A stretch of 32,000 bases of DNA from Candidatus Heimdallarchaeota archaeon (GTDB lineage: Archaea > Asgardarchaeota > Heimdallarchaeia > Heimdallarchaeales > Heimdallarchaeaceae). This document shows, one piece after another, positions 8,668-16,138 of this stretch. The number at the start of each line of letters is the position of its first letter. Within the stretch, counting starts at the first letter, position 1. Under the pieces are notes generated by a model. The model worked only from the letters and a program-made list of their open reading frames with translations, was not told where the DNA came from and did not search any database. The position numbers and the translations under genes are program-made. The stretch covers positions 73,507-105,506 of the forward strand of contig DAOVER010000004.1 of the NCBI GenBank assembly GCA_030668875.1, read 5' to 3'.

Positions 8668-9864
8668 TTGGAGAAAAAGAGCAAGACTTCTGGAAACCAC
8701 GAAAAGTTCGATCAAGATTTAAATCTTGAAGAACGAGTTGAAAGAGATTATCCAAGGAAACCTAAATCATTTTATTCTTCAATTGAACCAATCATTAAAA
8801 ATCGCATTCTTAGGTATACAGTGTCATTTATCCTTGTTGCAATTGTTGTTTATTTCTACATTGTCTTTGAAGGTAATCGAGAAGATGATGTTGTAAAAGT
8901 ATTTTTCTTTGATATGTCCTCATATTTGCTAGTTCCAATAGCTTTAGTTTTAGCGTTTATTGCTATTTTTTACATAACTTGGGATGATAAGATTTTCAGA
9001 AGATTTCGCTCTCCCGGACTATATATGATTTTATTAACAGGAATATTTTACATTCTGATTTTTTCAGGAATTGATGAGTACCTATTTCAGAACACTCTAG
9101 CTAAATGGTTAACACAGGGGACTGCTGTAATAGTTGTAGCACTTGTAAGATTATTTGGTATGAATATTGTTGACACAACTTGGAGTGCCGATGATGTCAT
9201 AACCATCATACAATTTGATGGTCCAAGTGGACCTTTATCTCCACAATTTCAGCTTTTTTATGACTATTTTGAAAACATACCCATCATACAATTTGTGGGT
9301 CGACTTTCATCTATTGGTATTGATGCAAGGTGCAGTGGAATACATTCACTCACAATCTTTGTTACAATATTTTTACTTATGTTATTTGAAGCTAGAAAGC
9401 GATTAAGATGGAGTAAATACAGAACTTTTTCTGACTTGAGGGCTTTACTGAATAAGAACGGAATAAGGGGTGTTTTTGATAAACAAGGCTCAAAAACCCT
9501 CCTGATTCTTAGCGGTACCTTTACACTTAATTTCTTGCGTGTGATTGGTATACTTCTTGTTGGGATGATTGGTACATATTTAGTAAATATTTTGCGCGTG
9601 ACAATTATTTTTATTATTAATTATTTTGAAGGATGGGGTGTAGCTGAACCTATCCATAACTATCTTGGATATGTGTTTTTGATGATTTGGGTTCCAATTT
9701 TTTGGTTATTTATCCTTCCTCTTTTCGAAAAGAAGAAAGAACCAAAAATTTCTGTTGACTCCAAAAGTGAACCTTCAATTTCCAACTCTGATTTAACAGA
9801 TAATTCTACCACTGATTCCAATGACTCGCTTGAAATCGTTGAATCAAATAAAAATAAAGAATAA
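8668..9864 (+). CDS. Exosortase/archaeosortase family membrane transpeptidase
   Basis: Multi-TM protein with catalytic-triad motifs IDARC222SG, N307ILR310V and IH330NYLG, plus an S/D-rich C-terminal tail. TTG start after SD-like AAGGTG (8657-8662). Confidence 0.88.
   Translation: MEKKSKTSGNHEKFDQDLNLEERVERDYPRKPKSFYSSIEPIIKNRILRYTVSFILVAIVVYFYIVFEGNREDDVVKVFFFDMSSYLLVPIALVLAFIAIFYITWDDKIFRRFRSPGLYMILLTGIFYILIFSGIDEYLFQNTLAKWLTQGTAVIVVALVRLFGMNIVDTTWSADDVITIIQFDGPSGPLSPQFQLFYDYFENIPIIQFVGRLSSIGIDARCSGIHSLTIFVTIFLLMLFEARKRLRWSKYRTFSDLRALLNKNGIRGVFDKQGSKTLLILSGTFTLNFLRVIGILLVGMIGTYLVNILRVTIIFIINYFEGWGVAEPIHNYLGYVFLMIWVPIFWLFILPLFEKKKEPKISVDSKSEPSISNSDLTDNSTTDSNDSLEIVESNKNKE
9198..9312 (+). repeat. 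In-frame imperfect direct repeat (43/37 nt, 78-nt period) inside the exosortase gene
   Basis: 9198-9240 vs 9276-9312: 32/37 aligned identities with one 6-nt gap; the first 20 nt are 19/20 identical. Confidence 0.8.
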
Positions 9865-9873
9865 CCAATTTCT

Positions 9874-11031
9874 TTAAACAACTTCCTCATAGACTGATTG
9901 AGTTAATTTAGCTGTATTTTCCCATGTGTATGATTCAGCAACTCTTCTGGAAATTTCTTTTTTGCTTTCAAGTTTCTTTCTATTTTCATATAATTCAATA
10001 ATTTTTTCTGAAAAGTCTTTCACTGTTCTTGGAGTGACAATTATGCTGTTCTTATGATTAAAAGTTATAGCACCTTCTGAAGCAAGTATTGGAGTTTGAC
10101 AAGATAGAGCCTCAAGGATTGTGAGACTCATTCCTTCATGGCTTGAAGGTAGCAAAAACAAATCTAATGAACTAAAGAATGAATTCTTCCTTTCAAGATC
10201 GGAAATGTAGCCTAGATTTAGCACATTATTTTGTAGTTGATATTTGTTCATCTGCTTTATCATCTCATGTTTGGTATTTAGGTCATCTCCTGCTAGAAGT
10301 AGTTTGATGCCGGGAATCTCCTTTTTTACCAAGTTCAAAATGGGTAATAACATTCTAGCACCTTTAGAGGCTGTCATTCGGGCTAGAAATCCAAGAACGA
10401 ACTCTTCTTCCTTCTTCTCATAAACATGCTTTTCTACTCTCTTATGTATCTCCGAATTAACACCGTTTGGAACAATAGTTATCTTATCTTCTTTAATAGA
10501 ATAATGGCGTACTAAATCCTCTCTTATTGTATCACTTACTGCTATGAGGTGCTTGGCTCTGTGAAGTAGTTTCTTCTCTATTCTCTTTAACCAAGGAAAG
10601 AAATATTGTACTCGTTTTTCAACCCAACTTAAAGAACGGTTGGGCTCGGCCTTAGTTCCTTCTTTTTCTCTATTGAATGTTGTATGGACTGTTTCGATAA
10701 CAGGCAGAGTATTAGTGATGCCTAAAGACGAAAGTAGGTTCATATTTCCATGAACTAAAGCAGGGTTGATTTTGTTTACCTCATGTTTAGAATTCTTCCA
10801 AAATTGACGTGAATAGAAAAATTTGGAATTAGTGGTTTTTGTCAGAATCAGATTAGAAACACCTTCATAAACATCCGATTCAGATTTGTACCTATTTGCT
10901 GCAATTATATAGGGTTTCCATTTACCCATCTGTTCTATGCTGTTTGCCAGGTTTACGCAATATATCCACGTTGCACCCCTTTTGTATTCTTGAGTGAGGT
11001 AACAAACTGTTTTTTCATCCATTTTTTTCAC
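9874..11031 (-). CDS. GT4 family glycosyltransferase
   Basis: IVPNGVN, FLARMTASKG, and the E-x7-E motif PSSHEGMSLTILEAL. Confidence 0.92.
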   Translation of the reverse strand: MKKMDEKTVCYLTQEYKRGATWIYCVNLANSIEQMGKWKPYIIAANRYKSESDVYEGVSNLILTKTTNSKFFYSRQFWKNSKHEVNKINPALVHGNMNLLSSLGITNTLPVIETVHTTFNREKEGTKAEPNRSLSWVEKRVQYFFPWLKRIEKKLLHRAKHLIAVSDTIREDLVRHYSIKEDKITIVPNGVNSEIHKRVEKHVYEKKEEEFVLGFLARMTASKGARMLLPILNLVKKEIPGIKLLLAGDDLNTKHEMIKQMNKYQLQNNVLNLGYISDLERKNSFFSSLDLFLLPSSHEGMSLTILEALSCQTPILASEGAITFNHKNSIIVTPRTVKDFSEKIIELYENRKKLESKKEISRRVAESYTWENTAKLTQSVYEEVV

Positions 11032-11904
11032 CTAATCAAGTAAAGTTTCAATTCTAATTATTGGTAGTTTTGAGCACATTTGATGGAATTTGGAATGTGT
11101 AGTGGCTTTGAAGTCGTATTTATTTACATAAGAAAGAACTTTATTTACCGTTTTTTCTAGTCTTAACGGTTCGTATATTGCATGAACATAGAAACAAACA
11201 TACTTTGTTCCATTTTCAATATGATTGTCGAATCTTTTTTTGTATTCTGAAACTATCTGATCTGTAGATTTACCCTTTGCTATATGCTCCTCAATTGTAG
11301 GTTCAGTTACTGGGAACTGAGCAAGTTGCGATTTTTTCTCTTCTAACTGGAGTACAAAGGGTTCAGAATACTTGAAGTCTGCAGAAAATTTGAATTTATT
11401 ATCAAATAAAGTCTGAAAGTAGTGTTTGTTTACACTGAAATTAGGCGCTGCATTTGCTATTGGTTTCCTCTGAAAAATGCTCTTGTATTCATAAATGAAG
11501 TTTGAAACTATATCTCTGGTTTTATCCTTTGAGAGGTTTGCGAAATTAGTTGACCAACGAACATGATTGTAGCCATGAGGATGGATTTCAGTATTGGAAT
11601 CTTTGTCTATGCTTTGAAGGTATTTCTTTTCGTTGTCCCCAATATTTTTTGCAGGAAGTATAATCCCTCTAAACAAACTTTTGAAGCTATTTCTTTTCCA
11701 TGGAGGAATGCTACTTGTTATCCTTTCTTTTTTTTGTATTTTCCTGAAAAGGTTTCTGCCCGTTTCATACTTCCCAAGACTAAGATAGATTGATATGGGG
11801 ATTTCATGCTTCTTGGAAATTTCGAGAACTTTTGGGATGCCCTTCTTTAATCCTTCAAAGGTATCGACATCTACTCTAAGGCAGAAATTTGTTTCAGAGT
11901 TCAT
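11032..11904 (-). CDS. ArnD-like (NodB/CE4 superfamily) deformylase/deacetylase
   Basis: The N-terminus LRVDVDTFEGLKKGIPKVLEI...SIYLSLGKYETGRNLFR closely parallels ArnD ([21 protein letters not shown]...SVGPDNMGRHLWR). H-x-x-x-H HPHGYNH, ANAAPNF and FYVHAIYE motifs are present. Confidence 0.8.
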   Translation of the reverse strand: MNSETNFCLRVDVDTFEGLKKGIPKVLEISKKHEIPISIYLSLGKYETGRNLFRKIQKKERITSSIPPWKRNSFKSLFRGIILPAKNIGDNEKKYLQSIDKDSNTEIHPHGYNHVRWSTNFANLSKDKTRDIVSNFIYEYKSIFQRKPIANAAPNFSVNKHYFQTLFDNKFKFSADFKYSEPFVLQLEEKKSQLAQFPVTEPTIEEHIAKGKSTDQIVSEYKKRFDNHIENGTKYVCFYVHAIYEPLRLEKTVNKVLSYVNKYDFKATTHSKFHQMCSKLPIIRIETLLD

Positions 11905-11943
11905 CGTTATATGCTCACAAATCTGTATGTTCTCTTTAAGTAA

Positions 11944-13167
11944 TTAATGTTCTAAAGCATTAAAATATATTTGTTCAATTTCCTTGGCTTTCTTTTTCCA
12001 TGAGAAGTTAGCTGTTACTTCATCAAAACCTAATTGTGCAACTCTTTCTGATTTCTCTTTATCTTTCAGTAAACTAAGAATTCCATCAGCTAATTGAGAG
12101 ATGTCTTTCGATTTAACTAAAATACAATGTGCTCCCTTCTTTGTGATTTCTCTAATACCTGGAATATCAGAAGCTACTACAGGTTTTTTCATAGCCATTG
12201 CTTCTAGAACACTTATACTTGATGCTTCAACGATGCTTGGAACTACAATTATATCTGCTCTTGATAAAAATGAAGGAATACTATCGTTTGGAACCATCCC
12301 TACAAAAATAACGCTCTTTTCTAATCCTAATCTCTGGACTTCACGGTATATATTGTTTCTTTCTGGTCCATCTCCAATGATGTATAATTTTGCTGTGGGG
12401 TATTCTTCAGTGATTTTCTTGAAACTTCTTGCTAAGAATATAACTCCATTTTTCACAACCAATCTCCTTGTTGTCATTATAATGGGGCCCGCTTCTTCTG
12501 ATATCATAGGATTTGGTTTGGTTTTATAATTGAATTTTTGGATATCTACTCCATTTAGAACAGTTACTACTTTCTTTGCATTTTTTGGTTTGCACCATTT
12601 TTTCACAGTCTCTGCAAAGTCAAAATCTGTATGTATCTGATAATCTGCTTTTCTTGCTAGCAATGGTGCTAACCGTCTCTCCATTCCCTTGTAAAACCAT
12701 ACAGCAAAAGGGTTTCTAGTTAGTTCATTCCAGTACTTATAGTAAGACCCATGGATGGTATTTATTGCCTTTGCTTTACTTTTTTTACTCAAAAAATATG
12801 CTGCAAGTCCTGAAGAATATATGTGTCCATGGAAAATGTCAGAGTTTTCTACTAAACTATGTATTTTCTTTCTAAGAAATTTCGTTTTTAGTAGAAAGAA
12901 TAATTGTCTCGAGAATTTTAGTTGCTGAGGATCATATGCTTTACCGATAAGTGAGAGATAATCGATCCTCTTTATTTTCACACCATCAATCATTGTATCT
13001 TTTTTTGAATTGGGTATAGCTCCAGTCAAATATGTTACGTTGTGACCCATCTTAACCAGTTCTTTTGAAAGGTTGATGGCGTGTAATTCAACCCCCCCAC
13101 CGATAACCCCCCCATCATTAGGTCCCAGTTCAAAGAGCATAGTAATGTTCAATGCCATCTTTCTCAC
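11944..13167 (-). CDS. GT4 family glycosyltransferase
   Basis: GGGVELHAINLSKELVKMGHNV, VLNGVD, RRLVVKNG, PSIVEASSISVLEAM. GTG start overlaps the upstream TGA (GTGA). Confidence 0.92.
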   Translation of the reverse strand: MRKMALNITMLFELGPNDGGVIGGGVELHAINLSKELVKMGHNVTYLTGAIPNSKKDTMIDGVKIKRIDYLSLIGKAYDPQQLKFSRQLFFLLKTKFLRKKIHSLVENSDIFHGHIYSSGLAAYFLSKKSKAKAINTIHGSYYKYWNELTRNPFAVWFYKGMERRLAPLLARKADYQIHTDFDFAETVKKWCKPKNAKKVVTVLNGVDIQKFNYKTKPNPMISEEAGPIIMTTRRLVVKNGVIFLARSFKKITEEYPTAKLYIIGDGPERNNIYREVQRLGLEKSVIFVGMVPNDSIPSFLSRADIIVVPSIVEASSISVLEAMAMKKPVVASDIPGIREITKKGAHCILVKSKDISQLADGILSLLKDKEKSERVAQLGFDEVTANFSWKKKAKEIEQIYFNALEH

Positions 13168-14153
13168 TTCTTGAAATGTGGGTTAAAAATTTCTTTCAGA
13201 ATACCTATGCTCCACCACACATGCCCTTCTATAAACATAATGGGTAACAAATAGAAAAATGTGGGTTGCTTAAAGCGCATTGTCTGTACAATTGTAGCTA
13301 TTAGAATTGTAAGTAAATAAGCACCATAGTATCCTATAACGATCCATCCACACCACAAGTTTACTAATAGCAAAGACAGAAGGAAAAGACCTGATACAAA
13401 GTAAATGGGTGGTAAAAGATGCCATATCTCTAACCCTGTTTTGTGCAGTCTGTAGAATTGTATTTTTCCTAATGCATATTTTTTTGACTTGTTTCGAACT
13501 GATTTATGATTTTGAGGACGTTGATGATATACTATAGCATCTGGGATAAATAAAATTGAATAACCTTTCTGAATTAATCTAAAATTAATATCCGTGTCCT
13601 CAGCTGTAATTAATGATTCATTAAATGGTAGTACCTCATTTAAAGCTGCTCTCATATATGCGGCATTGCATCCAGCAGCACTTTCAACTAATCGTTTTTC
13701 TTTGTTAAATATACTTTGAACTTGTTCAGACCATTTTCCTCCCAAAAACGTATTATAAATTGCGCTTACAGCTTTCCCAAAAACACTCTCATTAGGATAT
13801 TCAATATTTGGTCCAGTTACGCACACAATCTTCTCATCTTGAGTTTCCTCAAAAGCGCCGACTAGTTTTTCTAACCAATTTTCCTTAGCTATAACATCCG
13901 AGTCAGTAAATGCCACAATCTCTCCTTGTGAAATCTCTAAGGCTTTATTACAAGCTGCTGACCTAGACCCACCATCTTCATATGTAATTGTACAATTGAA
14001 TTCTTTTGCGATATCAATTGATCCATCGGTAGAATGACCATCTGAGATGATGATTTCCAGTGGTTTAAAGGTTTGTTTAACTATAGATTGTAGACATGCC
14101 TGAAGTGTTTTTGCGTTATTGTATGTGGGGATAACCACAGAGACAGTTTTCAT
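13164..14153 (-). CDS. GT2 family glycosyltransferase with C-terminal TM helices
   Basis: VSVVIPTYN, DGHSTDGS, DxD in FTDSD, AEDTD, and 2-3 C-terminal hydrophobic segments. Confidence 0.92.
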   Translation of the reverse strand: MKTVSVVIPTYNNAKTLQACLQSIVKQTFKPLEIIISDGHSTDGSIDIAKEFNCTITYEDGGSRSAACNKALEISQGEIVAFTDSDVIAKENWLEKLVGAFEETQDEKIVCVTGPNIEYPNESVFGKAVSAIYNTFLGGKWSEQVQSIFNKEKRLVESAAGCNAAYMRAALNEVLPFNESLITAEDTDINFRLIQKGYSILFIPDAIVYHQRPQNHKSVRNKSKKYALGKIQFYRLHKTGLEIWHLLPPIYFVSGLFLLSLLLVNLWCGWIVIGYYGAYLLTILIATIVQTMRFKQPTFFYLLPIMFIEGHVWWSIGILKEIFNPHFKK

Positions 14154-14158
14154 TCGTA

Positions 14159-14683
14159 TTAATCATTAGATTTCATTATTATTAATTCTTCCTTCAAAAA
14201 ATGCTTCTTCTTATAACCCCCGGATTCATACATGACACTTTGGTAATCAAATACAATTTCAGGTTTAGTACCTAAATATTCGTGGACAATTATTTCAGCT
14301 TTTTGAAGTAATCTTTCTGTCCCCTTTTTTTCTGTAAGTGCACAATACCATACATACCATCTAAGCCTATACTCTTTTTCTCCCTCAGGCTTGATTTTTA
14401 CAAAAAGAGGAAATAGCTTACAATCAAGAGGACGATTTTCATAGATGCAACATAAACCTTTATCTGAAAGAAAATAGCAGTCAATCAAATTTTCCTTTTT
14501 ACTTACAACTCGAATATTATTTTTCCCATTAATAGTTTTGAACCAGTTTTTTTCTTTTGTAATTGCTTGAATTCTGCTGAAATCTTCTTTTGTCAATGCA
14601 GGTGGGGTGCTGCGGCAACACTTGCTCCCACATACTATACTACATGTTTTTTCATCAGACGCTTTTTCCATAGAATCAACCAA
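14159..14683 (-). CDS. YkgJ family (CxxCxxCC-type) cysteine-cluster protein
   Basis: CSIVCGSKCC ... CYFL ... CCIYENRPLDCKLFP. Confidence 0.85.
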   Translation of the reverse strand: MVDSMEKASDEKTCSIVCGSKCCRSTPPALTKEDFSRIQAITKEKNWFKTINGKNNIRVVSKKENLIDCYFLSDKGLCCIYENRPLDCKLFPLFVKIKPEGEKEYRLRWYVWYCALTEKKGTERLLQKAEIIVHEYLGTKPEIVFDYQSVMYESGGYKKKHFLKEELIIMKSND

Positions 14684-14706
14684 TTTTTCTTATCACAAGT
14701 TCTTGA

Positions 14707-15996
14707 CTAACTATCGGTTTCAAAATTGAAAGCTTCTTTAACCATATCTTCCACATTATCAGCCTTTTTAATAATTCTAATTTGCCCCACTTCATCTAAT
14801 TCATATACAGCAGGACGAGGATATCCGAATTGTTCACTCATTGAAAGCGTATATGCTCCACAATTGAGAACCGTTATTTGATCTCCTTCATCAATTTGAT
14901 AGCTCACAGATTCATTTGAAATCACATCGACTGGGAGACATAGAGGACCCCCAATTCTGCAGTATGGGCCCTCCCCTTTATTTTGACCTGGAACTGCTAG
15001 GTAATGTGAATATCGCATTGGTATAAGTGAATTGGCTCCAATATCAATAAATGCCCACTTTCTTCCCCATGAGCTCTTTGTTCGTAAAACTTTAGCAACG
15101 GCAACAAAACTATCCTCCACCAAATATCTACCTGGTTCAAGAATAATTGTCATATCATCAACATTTTCAATACTTGTTGAAATCTGCTCAGCATATCGAT
15201 TTAGATCAAAACCATTTGAATCAAGCGTGCTTTTACTTGCAAGTCCACCTCCAAGGTTCAAATGTTCTATCTCGATCCCATGTTTATTCACTAGTTCCTT
15301 GATGTATTTATTCATAAAAACTAATAATTCTTCATAAAATGAATGAGAAATAAGATTGGTCCCAACATGAACATGAACACCAGTAGGTTCAAGATGAGGA
15401 CTTTTTTTAGCAAACTTGTAAAGTTTTATTGCTCTTTCGTAATCTATTCCTAATTTACTATTCTTCTTGATAAGCAATTTCTTTTCTGTTTCCTCACTTA
15501 ACAAAGGATGAATTCTAATTGTAATTTCTTGTTTCATCTCTTTTGCTTTAGCAATATTTTCTATGTTTTGAAGTTCATTCATAGATTCAATGTTCAAATA
15601 TTGAATCCCTTTTGTCATAGCTAATTCTAATTCTTGCGCTGTTTTTGCTGGTCCATTAAACACAATTTGCTTAAAATTGAATCCTGCTTTCTCCGCTAAT
15701 AACAACTCAAAAAGGGACATAGCTTCAGCATTCATGTTCAAAGATTTCGCGTGCTGAAGAACTCGACCTAAGTAATTTGCCTTGATTGCATATGAAATGT
15801 GTGATTTAGCAACATGTTTACTCAAAGCTGTTTTCAATTGATTATAATTGTGTTCAAAACGTTCAGGTAGATAAAGAAAGAACGGCGTAGCCATTTTTTC
15901 TGCAATATCTAAAGACGATTTCTTGTTAATGTGAAGAAGATTTTCCTCATACTTAAGATACGGATAATGTTTAATTTTATCTTCAATTTCCTTCAT
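14707..15996 (-). CDS. Fold-type III PLP decarboxylase (LysA/ornithine/DAP/arginine decarboxylase family), substrate uncertain
   Basis: YAIKANY (PLP Lys), FNGPAKT, NIES, HVHVGT, NLGGG, EPGRYLV, GPLCLPVD, GAYTLSMS. Confidence 0.9.
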   Translation of the reverse strand: MKEIEDKIKHYPYLKYEENLLHINKKSSLDIAEKMATPFFLYLPERFEHNYNQLKTALSKHVAKSHISYAIKANYLGRVLQHAKSLNMNAEAMSLFELLLAEKAGFNFKQIVFNGPAKTAQELELAMTKGIQYLNIESMNELQNIENIAKAKEMKQEITIRIHPLLSEETEKKLLIKKNSKLGIDYERAIKLYKFAKKSPHLEPTGVHVHVGTNLISHSFYEELLVFMNKYIKELVNKHGIEIEHLNLGGGLASKSTLDSNGFDLNRYAEQISTSIENVDDMTIILEPGRYLVEDSFVAVAKVLRTKSSWGRKWAFIDIGANSLIPMRYSHYLAVPGQNKGEGPYCRIGGPLCLPVDVISNESVSYQIDEGDQITVLNCGAYTLSMSEQFGYPRPAVYELDEVGQIRIIKKADNVEDMVKEAFNFETDS

Positions 15997-16076
15997 TTCA
16001 TCACACTGATTTTTTTTCGATACAAGGAGATATATGTTTTTATTATTTGTTCTAATTACTAATATCTTTTCTTTGA

Positions 16077-16115
16077 AATTGAAAAATTTTGCCTTCTAAT
16101 TGAAAAATTATTAAA
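16077..16115 (+). promoter_or_regulatory. Tandem 12-bp repeat AATTGAAAAATT (21-bp period); the second copy forms BRE+TATA for the bpsA-like gene
   Basis: Copies at 16077-16088 and 16098-16109. GAAAAA followed by TTATTAAA (16108-16115) lies about 24 nt before ATG 16139, consistent with a leaderless transcript. Confidence 0.55.
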
Positions 16116-16138
16116 GCTTTGATTATCTAGTCATACTG

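Noticed and set aside
9198-9312. DGR template/variable repeat pair or CRISPR repeat
   Set aside because: Only two short copies, mismatches are not adenine-specific, and there are no RT or cas genes.
12101-12529. 142-aa + strand ORF and the other short overlapping ORFs in the track (e.g. 1132, 1785, 3279, 5420, 5873, 6891, 9215, 9660, 11563, 15032, 17908, 18790, 20578, 21932, 22537, 23169, 24829, 26033, 26369, 27390, 29016-30300)
   Set aside because: Antisense or off-frame shadows of well-supported genes, with no recognisable motifs.
14707-15996. Confident lysA assignment
   Set aside because: Lacks the C-E specificity motif and has no lysine-pathway neighbours; kept as family-level only.
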